Shown: positions 8,286 through 17,758 of the stretch, one piece after another
Position numbering within the stretch: the first letter of the stretch is position 1
Layout: the number at the start of each line of letters is the position of its first letter
IMG/VR virus record: IMGVR_UViG_3300048915_000089
Location: 1-64,000 of that record
Reading direction: 5' to 3' (one strand)
Source of the DNA: a virus
Length of the DNA stretch: 64,000 nt
The notes under the pieces: model-generated
Seen by the model: the letters and a program-made list of their open reading frames with translations, nothing else
What the model was told of the DNA's origin: nothing
Databases searched by the model: none
Program-made: the position numbers and the translations under genes

Positions 8286-9563
8286 TTACTGGCGGCCCGT
8301 GCAGTGAATGTCGAAAGCAACATCAGCGCCAGTCGGCGACGAGCCTAGCTGCACGGTATTTACTACGATCGTGGTTGATGTCTTTGTCCCGAAGTAAACC
8401 GTGTTATTTCCAACCGCCGTCCCGACACAAGAATAGTTGGCGCTTGAGAATCCGGTTGCAAAAGTCACCGTATAGACGCCATTCGAAGGATGAGCCGTCA
8501 CCGATGCGTTGTAGCTCGCCAGCGTTGATCCCGTATTGGTGGCGCTTAGCCATGCTTTTATCGCGCTATCGTGGTCTTGCTGGTGCAAGGGGGTGACGCC
8601 AACGACATTGCTTGAAGCCGACTGCTGATCGGACTTTGTAGCCGCGGCATTGAACACAAAACAGTTGAACAGAATCGCATTGCCGCTGTTCGTCAGACAT
8701 GTGCTCAGCGAAAACGCGCCAGTGAGTCCTGCAATCGATGTCACGCCGAAGATCGAAGAAACGTTTATATATTTGAGCGCGTTCGACGCGCCAGAGTCCC
8801 AGATCAGAAGCTTGTCAGTCCCGGCAGGCGAAGCTTTTTGCGTGAGCGACGGGCCGAAGATATCCGTCGGAGCGCCACGCGTGCCGGTAGCGTTGCCGAG
8901 CAGGGAGAAGCCGCCTACCTGCGGCGATCGCGCGCCAGCCATGTAACTGACGACTTGCCACGCGCTACCGCTGAGATGCACAGCGATCGCGATGTCGCCG
9001 CCAGCAGCCGCAATGTTCGTATTGCCTGGCAAGAAGAGGCTGCTGCTGTTCACCAGCGTTGGCGAGTCGCCGAAGTAAATGATTTTGACTGAGCCGATCT
9101 GTGCCGAGGATCCGAACGTGTTGATCGTGCTCGACCCGCTGACGATAACAAACGATTGCTTGACTGCACCAAGATCAGTCGTCGAAGCCGCGAGCACAGT
9201 CGCCGTCGTGATGCCGCCGCCGATCTCGCGCGTAATCAGGTGATTCGTTGCGTCGACAAACCAAAGATTGAGCCAAGTGGTGCCGTCGTATTCCTGAATG
9301 TACCCGGTCGACGTGTTGTACCAAAACATGCCGGCCGATGGCGAAGGCGGCGCTGTCGCTCCGGAGAACAGCGACAGAATCGATTGGTTGCATGCGTTGA
9401 TGTCGTTGACCAGCACTAGGCCGGAGACTGTGCCGGTGGTCGGCATGATGCACGAAGCTTGCGAAGCGAGCGCCGGCGCCGACGCAAGAATCACCGCGGC
9501 AAGAATCGCAACGCCGGCAATGATTGATCGCGCGCGCGCAGCGAGCTTGTAGAGATGCTGCAT
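8286..9563 (-). CDS. Tail fibre protein
   Basis: ATG at 9563 with RBS GGGAGTGG. Motif PPSPSAGMFWYNTSTGYIQEYDGTTWLNL. Positioned directly after the J-like gene. Confidence 0.65.
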   Translation of the reverse strand: MQHLYKLAARARSIIAGVAILAAVILASAPALASQASCIMPTTGTVSGLVLVNDINACNQSILSLFSGATAPPSPSAGMFWYNTSTGYIQEYDGTTWLNLWFVDATNHLITREIGGGITTATVLAASTTDLGAVKQSFVIVSGSSTINTFGSSAQIGSVKIIYFGDSPTLVNSSSLFLPGNTNIAAAGGDIAIAVHLSGSAWQVVSYMAGARSPQVGGFSLLGNATGTRGAPTDIFGPSLTQKASPAGTDKLLIWDSGASNALKYINVSSIFGVTSIAGLTGAFSLSTCLTNSGNAILFNCFVFNAAATKSDQQSASSNVVGVTPLHQQDHDSAIKAWLSATNTGSTLASYNASVTAHPSNGVYTVTFATGFSSANYSCVGTAVGNNTVYFGTKTSTTIVVNTVQLGSSPTGADVAFDIHCTGRQ

Positions 9564-9576
9564 TGAAACCACTCCC

Positions 9577-12500
9577 TCAGTAGCCTTCGACGACGATATC
9601 AACACCCGTGACCTGGACATGCAGCCCTGTACCATCTTCCATGTGAAACGTCACCTGCGATAGCGAGAGCGCGTCGATCACGTAGACTACACCCGCATGC
9701 CCGGCCCAATCCATCGACAAAGTCGGCAACGGGTGATTGAACGTCCCCGCCACCAGTGGGCCGCCGTTGAACGGCTTCGCCGCCGTCGCGTCGTCGGGCT
9801 CAAAGATGATCGTAAGGCCGCCAACCGGCACAGTGTTTCCGACATAGTGATCGATGCGAGCCGGAATCGAAACTTGGACGATAAGGCTCTGAAGGTACGC
9901 AATGATGTTGGGCTGCAGTGTGGAAAATTTCACCTGATATTCGATGTACTGCGCGCGATAAACGCCAGGCACGTAACGCTGCCACGGTCCCCATTCGATG
10001 CTTGAGTCGAAGAAGTCGCCTTCGGCAAACATGTCGCTGGGAGCGAACATGTCGTTGGTGGCGTTTGTCCCTGTCCTGATCTCGACCCACACTTCGACGA
10101 ACGCCGACGATCCGGTGCTGAGAATATCCGGATTATTGAGAATGTCCGGATCGGTCAAAACGTCAGAGCCTACGGGTATCCCCGCCGTGCTCCATGTGAT
10201 GTTGACTGAGCAATCCGCAACATAGCCGACATTGAGAACGGCCTCGACCGTGTTCGCGATGTACGTGCCGGAGAGCGCGATGCCGCCGCTGTTCAAGATG
10301 TCCGGATTCGTCAGAACGGAAGGATCGCTGAGAATGTCACCAGCGCCGGCCAAGCGCAGCACGGAATCAGGATCAACGCCCTCGCGGCCAACATTGAACA
10401 TCGCGCCAGGCCAGCCGATCGCTTTGAAGTCGACCGTCTGCACGATGTTCGTCGTGAGCATGTTGCCTTGAATCGTGATCGATACGGGGTCCTCGCCGTA
10501 CACGATCAAGCCGGCAACCGGCTGGCACGTCGGCATGATCCAGTAAGTGCCAGCGCCGAACGCGACGAGCGGCGGGTGAGCCTGTGTGCCGAGCTCTTGC
10601 CCGCCCTCGAATGAGTCACCTTTGCGAACGACGTAACGGATGCCCGATCTGAAGTCGTCGATCTCCTGCCACCAAATCTCGGCAAAGCCATCCTTGAAAA
10701 CAGTCCGCACTTGCGTCACTGGCGGAAGCGGCGACGCCAGCGCGACTCCGGTGATTTTGTAAGTGTACGCCGGCACGTCGGCGAGCGATTGGACTGTGAC
10801 GCCCCAAATATTGAAGGGGAGGAACTTCAAATAGATGGTGGCGCCGATGCGAGTCTGATCGAACGGCACGCGCATAATCCCATTGTCGATTCGCGCGAAC
10901 GGCTCGCCGGCCGCGTGATTCGCAATGATGTTTTCCGTGCCGTAAGCGCCGCGAACTAAATAGGTCAAATCGTATTTGTTCGGGCCTGTCAGCGTCGCCG
11001 TTTGATAGGACACGATCTCGCCGTTCACCCAGCACGCCGTATTTAGATTCAGCGCGTCGGCTTGCGTGCCGGACGCGAGCGCGCCGGCGCTTTCCGTAAG
11101 ATCAACGCTGAGCGTGTGAGCGGCATCGATCGTCTGGCCAGTCGGATTCGCCGGCACGGCCGCGAGCGGCGCTGTCAGATAGCCCATCCGCGCAGAGCCG
11201 AATTGCCGGCCGCCTGGCACTCGCGAATATGTCTCGCCGTCGTAAGAGATATAAGCATCGCAGCCGCCGTACAGCGTCGTGTTGACGCCGGAGACTGCGG
11301 CCCAAACCTCGAGACCGCCGGCAAGCTGATCGGTAGGCTCAAAAATAAACGGCGGGTTGACGCCGCCAGGATCGGCGCTGTAATTCGGCTTGCTGCCTTT
11401 CGCGACTTGCCGCCCATACTCCGGAGCGGAAGCGGTGCCTTGAAGATATTCTTCGACGAGAAAGTTGAGTGAGCGATCCTGATTCTCGGCAATGTCGATT
11501 ATGCGGACCCACTGCCGAAACAAGCCGAGTTTTTCATCGGTGATTGTAACGATGTCGCCGGGATCGAGCAGGATGTATCGCGGCCGGAGCGTGTAAGCAT
11601 ACTTGTTGCTGATCTGCTTTCTGCCGAGTCCAAGCTGCGCGGCCATCTGAGCGGCCGCGCCGTTCTGGAACCAATGCCATTGCTTAACGCCGTCAGAACA
11701 GCGCTCGCCGAACAGCAAGATCGCGCCGTCGTCCGGAGCCGACAGCGATGCTTGATTATAATCGGAGCTACGGTCCAGAAATTCGACTTTGACAACGTTG
11801 TCTTGCTTGCGCGATGGCGTCTGTTGCCCGGAGACAGGATCGGCGTTCGTGCCGCCGAAGCTCGCTTGATTCGGCAAAAAATCGGTATCGTCGTGATCGT
11901 AAATCGGCGCGTCGGGTGGATTGTAGACGTGCCCATTGCCGGCAACAGCCATGTCGCCGCGCGGGACGATCTTCAGCACGGACTCGGACCAAACAGGCAT
12001 CACGTTGAGCGATGTCAGAAATTCCTGCAGGAACGCCGAAGCCCTCGTCGGTGCCGTGAGCGCGTAAGAGACGAGAAGATTCGAAGCGAGAAGATAATTC
12101 TGCGCGTCCGTCCAGTCGCCGTTGTATTCGGCAAGCCAGCCGGCGACCCCGCTGTCGGCGTTCGTCAAAAAGTCCGCAGTCATCAACATTGCATCGGCGT
12201 CGGGTTGCCCCGGCACTGAGTTTGCGATCACGCCAGTGACCTCGAACGTCCAATTCGGCAACTCCGCTCCGGAGCCGAGATTGATGTTGCCGGCGAGATA
12301 CGCCGTCAGTCGATACGCGAACGCTTGATCCGGATGATTGCTCGTCAGATATGACCACGGCAACTGAGCTTGATCGCCAAGAAAGACACCGAAGTTTGTA
12401 TTGCTCACTGTCAGTCCGGATGGTGGCGGGGGAGGCCCGCCACCGCCGCCGGCAACGTCACTGATCGTTGTTCTCGCCTTGCTTGCCCACATGACGGGGC

Positions 12501-12789
12501 CGATCGCCGCGACGCGCTCGCCGATCGCGAGCTCAACGGATGCGAAGTAATTGAAAGAGCTACTTGTCGAAGCTGGCGCTCCGAACAAACCGCCCTTGCC
12601 GCCCGAGGATCCTCCGGACTGTACGGTTATGGCATAAAAATCGCCGTACCAAATCAGATTGCCGGCAACGCGCGTGACGCCCCAAATGCGCGCACGCGCC
12701 AGCCCTTCGATCGAAGTTTGAATTCTCAGCGACGCGTCAGGCGTCGGAGCGGGGGTGTCAGGCGCGGTTGTCCGGAAGATCGAAGTCAT
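9577..12789 (-). CDS. Host-specificity / central tail fibre protein (lambda gpJ / GTA g15-like)
   Basis: 1070 aa. N-terminus LRIQTSIEGLARARIWGVTRVAGNLIWYGDF is typical of Phage-tail_3-type proteins. Follows the DUF2460 / BR0599 / NlpC-P60 trio. Confidence 0.8.
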   Translation of the reverse strand: MTSIFRTTAPDTPAPTPDASLRIQTSIEGLARARIWGVTRVAGNLIWYGDFYAITVQSGGSSGGKGGLFGAPASTSSSFNYFASVELAIGERVAAIGPVMWASKARTTISDVAGGGGGPPPPPSGLTVSNTNFGVFLGDQAQLPWSYLTSNHPDQAFAYRLTAYLAGNINLGSGAELPNWTFEVTGVIANSVPGQPDADAMLMTADFLTNADSGVAGWLAEYNGDWTDAQNYLLASNLLVSYALTAPTRASAFLQEFLTSLNVMPVWSESVLKIVPRGDMAVAGNGHVYNPPDAPIYDHDDTDFLPNQASFGGTNADPVSGQQTPSRKQDNVVKVEFLDRSSDYNQASLSAPDDGAILLFGERCSDGVKQWHWFQNGAAAQMAAQLGLGRKQISNKYAYTLRPRYILLDPGDIVTITDEKLGLFRQWVRIIDIAENQDRSLNFLVEEYLQGTASAPEYGRQVAKGSKPNYSADPGGVNPPFIFEPTDQLAGGLEVWAAVSGVNTTLYGGCDAYISYDGETYSRVPGGRQFGSARMGYLTAPLAAVPANPTGQTIDAAHTLSVDLTESAGALASGTQADALNLNTACWVNGEIVSYQTATLTGPNKYDLTYLVRGAYGTENIIANHAAGEPFARIDNGIMRVPFDQTRIGATIYLKFLPFNIWGVTVQSLADVPAYTYKITGVALASPLPPVTQVRTVFKDGFAEIWWQEIDDFRSGIRYVVRKGDSFEGGQELGTQAHPPLVAFGAGTYWIMPTCQPVAGLIVYGEDPVSITIQGNMLTTNIVQTVDFKAIGWPGAMFNVGREGVDPDSVLRLAGAGDILSDPSVLTNPDILNSGGIALSGTYIANTVEAVLNVGYVADCSVNITWSTAGIPVGSDVLTDPDILNNPDILSTGSSAFVEVWVEIRTGTNATNDMFAPSDMFAEGDFFDSSIEWGPWQRYVPGVYRAQYIEYQVKFSTLQPNIIAYLQSLIVQVSIPARIDHYVGNTVPVGGLTIIFEPDDATAAKPFNGGPLVAGTFNHPLPTLSMDWAGHAGVVYVIDALSLSQVTFHMEDGTGLHVQVTGVDIVVEGY

Positions 12790-12795
12790 ACGCGC

Positions 12796-13233
12796 TCACC
12801 ATGCCGAAAAGATTTTCTTCCGTGCATGAACGATCAACCCGAATTCGGTTTCGGCGCCTTCGACGACGCAGCGTGACGGCGCGTAAGCGTGGACGATTCT
12901 CAGCGGCGAGAGCTCAGTCACGATCGCGCCATGCGCGAATTGCTTGCCCTGGAAGTAGAGAATGATATCGGCCGGCTTCGGCTCGCTCACTTCTTTGCCG
13001 CCGTTGTCGGCGATCGCCTTCTCATACAACGGATCGTCACTGTGCAGGTGCCATTGATCGGAATAGTGAGCGACATCGATCGGAGCCTTGACTCCGGCTT
13101 CGGTGAAGACGAGCGCCAGCAACGTAGCGCAATCGACGCCGACGCCCTTCAGCTTTCCGTTGCTGTGGTACTTCGTCCCGATATAACTGCGCGCCGTCGC
13201 TATGACGGCCGCGCGCTCTGCATCTTCGGACAT
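12796..13233 (-). CDS. NlpC/P60 family tail-tip peptidase (gpK / GTA g14-like)
   Basis: ARSYIGTKYHSNGK...GVDCATLL (catalytic Cys) and FAHGAIV (His). Conserved position before the J-like gene. Confidence 0.8.
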   Translation of the reverse strand: MSEDAERAAVIATARSYIGTKYHSNGKLKGVGVDCATLLALVFTEAGVKAPIDVAHYSDQWHLHSDDPLYEKAIADNGGKEVSEPKPADIILYFQGKQFAHGAIVTELSPLRIVHAYAPSRCVVEGAETEFGLIVHARKKIFSAW

Positions 13234-13235
13234 TT

Positions 13236-14144
13236 TTACACCGCCGTTTCGGCCGCAGGAATTTCAGTGAAGCCGCCATAATTGAGCTTGTTGTTGAACT
13301 TGTTGGTGCAAGTCGTAACCGATTTGTCGCAGCCGGGATAGGCCGTAACATGATCGCCATCGGCAATATTGAACGGCAACGGGGCGAGCAGCGTGAGCGC
13401 GCCAGTCGCGCCGACTGAGGATCTTATCATCATGCGAAGTCCCGCGTTGTCGCCGCTGGTAAAGACGAGATTGCCCAGCGCATAGTAATTGTCGGCGCGC
13501 GACAGATCGGAGATCGAAAGTAATTGCGTGCTGGTGTGCGAAGTGACGACGGCGTTCGTCGCGAACAGCGCTTTGTTCAAGGTGCATTGCGGACTGTAGA
13601 GCGCATAGCGGCATTGCGCCGTGTACAAATTGCGCGGCTGATCGCTGTCAAGCAACTCTCGCGGATCGTTGATGTTGATCTGCACAGAACTCCGGCCGAA
13701 GTCTATCTCCGCGGTGCGGCCGAAGAAAACGTTAATGATGCCGTCCGGAACGATTGAGAGCGTCGGCACAATGGGCCAGGCGGCGATATACCCACGATCA
13801 ACACGGCACGTCGACTCCTGAAGGATGCCGGCGCGCACGGCGTACAGCCACGGCAGAGCTCCCAACGTGTCGGTGTCGCGCGGCATCACAGTGAATGACC
13901 AAGACCCCGTATCGAGCCCAACTGTCCAATGTGCGCGCGGGCCGGAATCTCCGGCTTCGTCGATCGCGATGCCGCCTTGCGATCTCGCGCACAGCCATGT
14001 ATGGCCGCCAAACGAGACATCGAAAGCGCAGTTCGCATAGCGGAGCACAAGGCCCGACGACAGCGTGAACGTATAAAGATCAAACTGCTCGAAAGGCAGA
14101 TTCGACGCGAACAGCGCGAGCAACGCGGGACTGGCCGTCTTCAT
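13236..14144 (-). CDS. BR0599/DUF2163-type tail tip protein (gpL analogue)
   Basis: Start MKTASPALLALF at 14144 (ATGA overlap with the upstream stop). C-terminus YPGCDKSVTTCTNKFNNKLNYGGF is characteristic of the phage BR0599 family. Confidence 0.75.
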   Translation of the reverse strand: MKTASPALLALFASNLPFEQFDLYTFTLSSGLVLRYANCAFDVSFGGHTWLCARSQGGIAIDEAGDSGPRAHWTVGLDTGSWSFTVMPRDTDTLGALPWLYAVRAGILQESTCRVDRGYIAAWPIVPTLSIVPDGIINVFFGRTAEIDFGRSSVQININDPRELLDSDQPRNLYTAQCRYALYSPQCTLNKALFATNAVVTSHTSTQLLSISDLSRADNYYALGNLVFTSGDNAGLRMMIRSSVGATGALTLLAPLPFNIADGDHVTAYPGCDKSVTTCTNKFNNKLNYGGFTEIPAAETAV

Positions 14145-14770
14145 TGCGGCACCGAGGAAAACTTGACGGACTTCGCTTCCCACAGCCCCTTGCCGTTCAA
14201 GTATTGAAATTTCGAAAACTCTAGCTCGTCTTCGTCGAAGCAACACAGCCAATTGTAGGAAAAATCCGCAGTGATGACCGCGCCGACTGCAGGCGGCACA
14301 ACAAACCTGATCCCGTAAAAAGTGCCGTATTGCGAGGTGAGCAACTGCGTAGTGTCGCCTGGACCTGTCGCGACTCCATTTTTATAAACGGTTGTGGTCG
14401 CTCCTATAGCGTCCTGAATCGGAACAGCATTATTGACAATCGCCCGCACGAACCCGAAGTCCGTCGTCACACCGTCGCCGATGCCGATCGTTTGGCCAGC
14501 AATATGATTATCGTCCGGATCATTGAAGTGAAACGGCAAGCCTTGGCCGAGTCGGCTTTCGTAAAACGACATCAATGTCTGAATCTCTTGAAAAGCATCC
14601 GCTGCGCGCAAAAATTCAAACGGCAGATCGAACCGATAGATCGGATAAGGCTGGGGCGATTGGCGCGTCGAATTGCCGGCGACGGCTCTGTGAACGATCG
14701 TCGCGAATGCCGGCTTCTTCTTTACCGGGAAAGACAGGCCAGGCAGAGTTGGGAGCGAAGGAATGACCAT
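14141..14770 (-). CDS. DUF2460-type distal tail protein (gpM analogue / GTA g12-like)
   Basis: MVIPSLPTLPGLSFPVKKKPAFATIV...YRFDLPFEFL pattern. 1-nt overlap with the tape-measure stop. Confidence 0.7.
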   Translation of the reverse strand: MVIPSLPTLPGLSFPVKKKPAFATIVHRAVAGNSTRQSPQPYPIYRFDLPFEFLRAADAFQEIQTLMSFYESRLGQGLPFHFNDPDDNHIAGQTIGIGDGVTTDFGFVRAIVNNAVPIQDAIGATTTVYKNGVATGPGDTTQLLTSQYGTFYGIRFVVPPAVGAVITADFSYNWLCCFDEDELEFSKFQYLNGKGLWEAKSVKFSSVPQ

Positions 14771-16965
14771 TATCTCTTACTCGGGCTCAGCGACGCTTTT
14801 CCCTTTAGCGCATCTGCCATCAAGCCGGCATGATCGCGGAAGAGCCGCGCGATCGACGGCCCATCGATCAGCATGCCATGAAAATGCATGCCTCCGCCAC
14901 TACTGCCGTTCGGCCCACCGCCTTGCATCGCATCACGCACAGTGTCGGCGACGGGCTCGGGCAGAACCATCTCCCTCGGGTGAAGCTGCCACAGCCCGCC
15001 AGTGACATCATACGCGCCGCCTTCGGCTGAGCCGACGATCGATAACGCCGTTGCTTCGACGCCGGCCGCAACGCCAGCGGCGGCGCCCGGAGCGGCCGGA
15101 CCCATCAATGGGGCCAGGAAAGCCGACACGCCAGCAAAGACACTGCCGATGCTCGCGGCAATGTTTTTCAGTATCAGCGGAAGCTGCGCGGCGGCTTGCG
15201 CCGCTGAGCTCGCGGCGACAATCCCCGTCTTCGCGGCTTCCGCTTCCGTCGTCGTCGCGACTTCGGCCGCTTTGCCGAGAGCCCACTGCACAACCATCTT
15301 TTCGACGGCTTGAATGAAGAAGATAATCATGTCGCCGAGGATCGTCTTAAACGCCTGGCCGAACGACACTGTGCCGGCGAGCATACCGCGAAGCTGCGAA
15401 TTGAAAGACGACTGCAGCGCGTCCGTTACCTCTTTCCATTTCTCGACTTGGCTTTTGACCTGATCCTGAGTGATCTTCAGCGACTCCATCGCATATTTTT
15501 GGTCGAGCGCGAGCAGAGCCTTGTTGACTTCGGCTCGCTTCTCCGGCTGGCCGGCGTACAGCGCGAGCTTTTGAGTAAGCAGATTTTTCTCGGCTTCGTA
15601 CTCTTGCGAGAGCGCTTCGCGCAGCCGCGTCGTCTTCTCTCTTTGGCTGATCTGGAACGTGTCCAGATCAAACTGATAGATTGATTTTCGACGCTCGTAT
15701 GAGGACTGCATTAACGCGATCTGCGCATCTAGATTCGTCGCCAGCGCGGCGATCTGATTCGCAATGTTGAAATTGATCGCTCCGGCGTTCGCGCCGCCCT
15801 TCTCTTCGCTCGCCGGCTTCGGATTCAGACTTTCGACGACAGCTTGCGCGGCCATCTTGAATTTCAGCATAAGCAAGCCGAGCTCTCGCCGACGCTGTTC
15901 GAGTTTTTCGTTGCCTTCCGCTGCGGCCTGATCGGCGCTCAAATACTCAGCGCCGAACCAGCCGGCCAAGCCGCCGCCTACCGCGCCCAGCCCAGCGCCG
16001 ACAGGGCCGCCGACGACAAAGCCGCCTACAGCGCCGCCTGATGCGCCACCGGCTGCAGCCGCGGCCTTGTTGGCGAACGTGTCGAGCTTATTCGTCATTT
16101 GCTCGATCGCGCCCATGATCGTGATCGCGAACGTGCCGAGTGTCCCCATGATCGAAACGAGCGCTTCGGCGATCTTCTGTGCAGCTTTGACGATCGTCTC
16201 CGAATCGATGCTCTGCAGCAACTTGCTGAAGGCCGTGATCGCGGCATCGATCGCCGGCTTCAGTACAGTGAAGACGCGAGCGCCGAAGCTTTGCAGACTC
16301 AAGCCGAGAATGCTGATCTTCGTGTTCGTGTCTGCCATGCCTGGAATCGAAGCGGCCAGGCCTTGGCTCGCTTCTTTGATGATCGCTTGGTACTTATTCC
16401 AGCCTTCGACGCCCTCGCGCAGAATCGGGACCAAGTTCGCGAACGATCGTCCGCCGATTTGCATCAACGCGTTTGTCAGATTCAGGCTTGGATTAAACTT
16501 CTCGACAGCGCCGGCGATCTTCAGGAAATACTGATCGATCGGAAGCCCGACAAGATCCTTCGCGTTGAGCCCGAGCACCTTGAGCGCCTGCGCTGTCGGA
16601 TCAATTACGCTGCTCGCCGCGCGCTGCACGTTGAGCGTCATGCGCTCAACACTCATTGAGAGAGCTTCAAGCGACGTGCTTGTGATTCTCGCCATTCCGG
16701 AAAGCTGGACGATCTGTTCCGCGTTCGCGCCCAGGCGGTAGCCGGTCACTTCCAGCCGCTCGCCGAGCTCGCTCATTTTATTGACGAACTCGACAAAGCC
16801 GGCGAACGACAAGCCGATGCCGAAAATCTCGAGCATCGATTTTGCGCCTTCGGATACTTTATCCGTCGACTCTTTGATCGATGCGAGTTGGTTTTTTACT
16901 TCGGAGACGCCGTGAACGAGTCCATCGATCTTCGCGCCGAAACTAATCTGGACTTCATCTGCCAT
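14770..16965 (-). CDS. Tail tape measure protein
   Basis: 731 aa, Ala/Gly/Gln-rich, helical with Gly-rich hydrophobic stretches. Canonical position after the G/G-T chaperones. Confidence 0.85.
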   Translation of the reverse strand: MADEVQISFGAKIDGLVHGVSEVKNQLASIKESTDKVSEGAKSMLEIFGIGLSFAGFVEFVNKMSELGERLEVTGYRLGANAEQIVQLSGMARITSTSLEALSMSVERMTLNVQRAASSVIDPTAQALKVLGLNAKDLVGLPIDQYFLKIAGAVEKFNPSLNLTNALMQIGGRSFANLVPILREGVEGWNKYQAIIKEASQGLAASIPGMADTNTKISILGLSLQSFGARVFTVLKPAIDAAITAFSKLLQSIDSETIVKAAQKIAEALVSIMGTLGTFAITIMGAIEQMTNKLDTFANKAAAAAGGASGGAVGGFVVGGPVGAGLGAVGGGLAGWFGAEYLSADQAAAEGNEKLEQRRRELGLLMLKFKMAAQAVVESLNPKPASEEKGGANAGAINFNIANQIAALATNLDAQIALMQSSYERRKSIYQFDLDTFQISQREKTTRLREALSQEYEAEKNLLTQKLALYAGQPEKRAEVNKALLALDQKYAMESLKITQDQVKSQVEKWKEVTDALQSSFNSQLRGMLAGTVSFGQAFKTILGDMIIFFIQAVEKMVVQWALGKAAEVATTTEAEAAKTGIVAASSAAQAAAQLPLILKNIAASIGSVFAGVSAFLAPLMGPAAPGAAAGVAAGVEATALSIVGSAEGGAYDVTGGLWQLHPREMVLPEPVADTVRDAMQGGGPNGSSGGGMHFHGMLIDGPSIARLFRDHAGLMADALKGKASLSPSKR

Positions 16966-16975
16966 CGCGCAAACC

Positions 16976-17739
16976 TTAGTGACGTCCCGCTCCGGGTATC
17001 TTGCCCTGGGTTGCGGCCCACAGTCGCTCTGCCTCTTCGCGCGTCGTTATCAGGTTCGCCGGCTCGCTCCTCGCCTTATACACTCCGGAGAATGCAGCGA
17101 CCACCTTGAAAAGCGGTGGCGCTATTTTCCATGTGCGGCGGAGAGATGCGATCCTGCGCGAGTCGATCTGATCTAACACAGTATCCCACGACAGGCCCGT
17201 CTCTCTCACGATCTCCGAAATGAAATCGTCCCACTCGTCGTTAAATTGCTCAACGGTTAAGACTCTGTGGGCGCCGCCGGAGCTTCCCCCGTTATGGAAA
17301 CCCTTTCGAACTTCACGCCGGCCGCTTCGGCAATCGACATGAACGCTTCAAGCAATTCGTCCGGCAGGATGGGCAGATCATAAAAGGCGTCGAATTCGAG
17401 TTCGGGATAAGCCCGCTGCAGGCCGAAGTGAACGCCGCGGTAAAGCTTTTCAATGTTCTGCTCAATCTTCTCCGGCTCTGCCGGCCGCATCTGGCCAGTC
17501 ACCGGGTCGCGCTCGCCGCTCAGCAAGTTGCCGATGATATCCTTCATGCCGATCGTGTGAGCCGTGAACTTGGCGATCACGCGGCCTGACATCGGCGCGA
17601 TCGCCCATTCGTGCGGCTTCTTGTTGCGATCTTTGCCGAGCTTCACGCGCGGCGCGATCGTCTCGTCTTGCCACTCTGGAGGAATCGGATAGTCATCGAT
17701 CGTCTTCGGCTTCGCCGCCGCTTCAGGTTGCGTCGTCAA
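16976..17739 (-). CDS. Tail assembly chaperone G-T fusion via predicted -1 frameshift
   Basis: The frame of ORF 16976-17209 stays open upstream past the gpG-like stop (hand translation ...GGSSGGAHRVLTVEQFNDEWDDFISEIVRETGLSW...). It is -1 relative to G. Candidate slip site is the G5 run (C5 on plus strand, 17286-17290). Confidence 0.5.
17257..17739 (-). CDS. Tail assembly chaperone (gpG-like)
   Basis: 160-aa acidic protein between the major tail and tape measure genes. Ends just after a G5 run. Confidence 0.7.
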   Translation of the reverse strand: MTTQPEAAAKPKTIDDYPIPPEWQDETIAPRVKLGKDRNKKPHEWAIAPMSGRVIAKFTAHTIGMKDIIGNLLSGERDPVTGQMRPAEPEKIEQNIEKLYRGVHFGLQRAYPELEFDAFYDLPILPDELLEAFMSIAEAAGVKFERVSITGEAPAAPTES

Positions 17740-17758
17740 TTTTCAATCCTCCCGTGGG

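Noticed and set aside
6044-9635. Diversity-generating retroelement or invertible (Gin/Cin-type) cassette acting on the fibre genes.
   Set aside because: No reverse transcriptase, no TR/VR repeat pair, no serine invertase, and no inverted crossover sites were recognised anywhere in the window.
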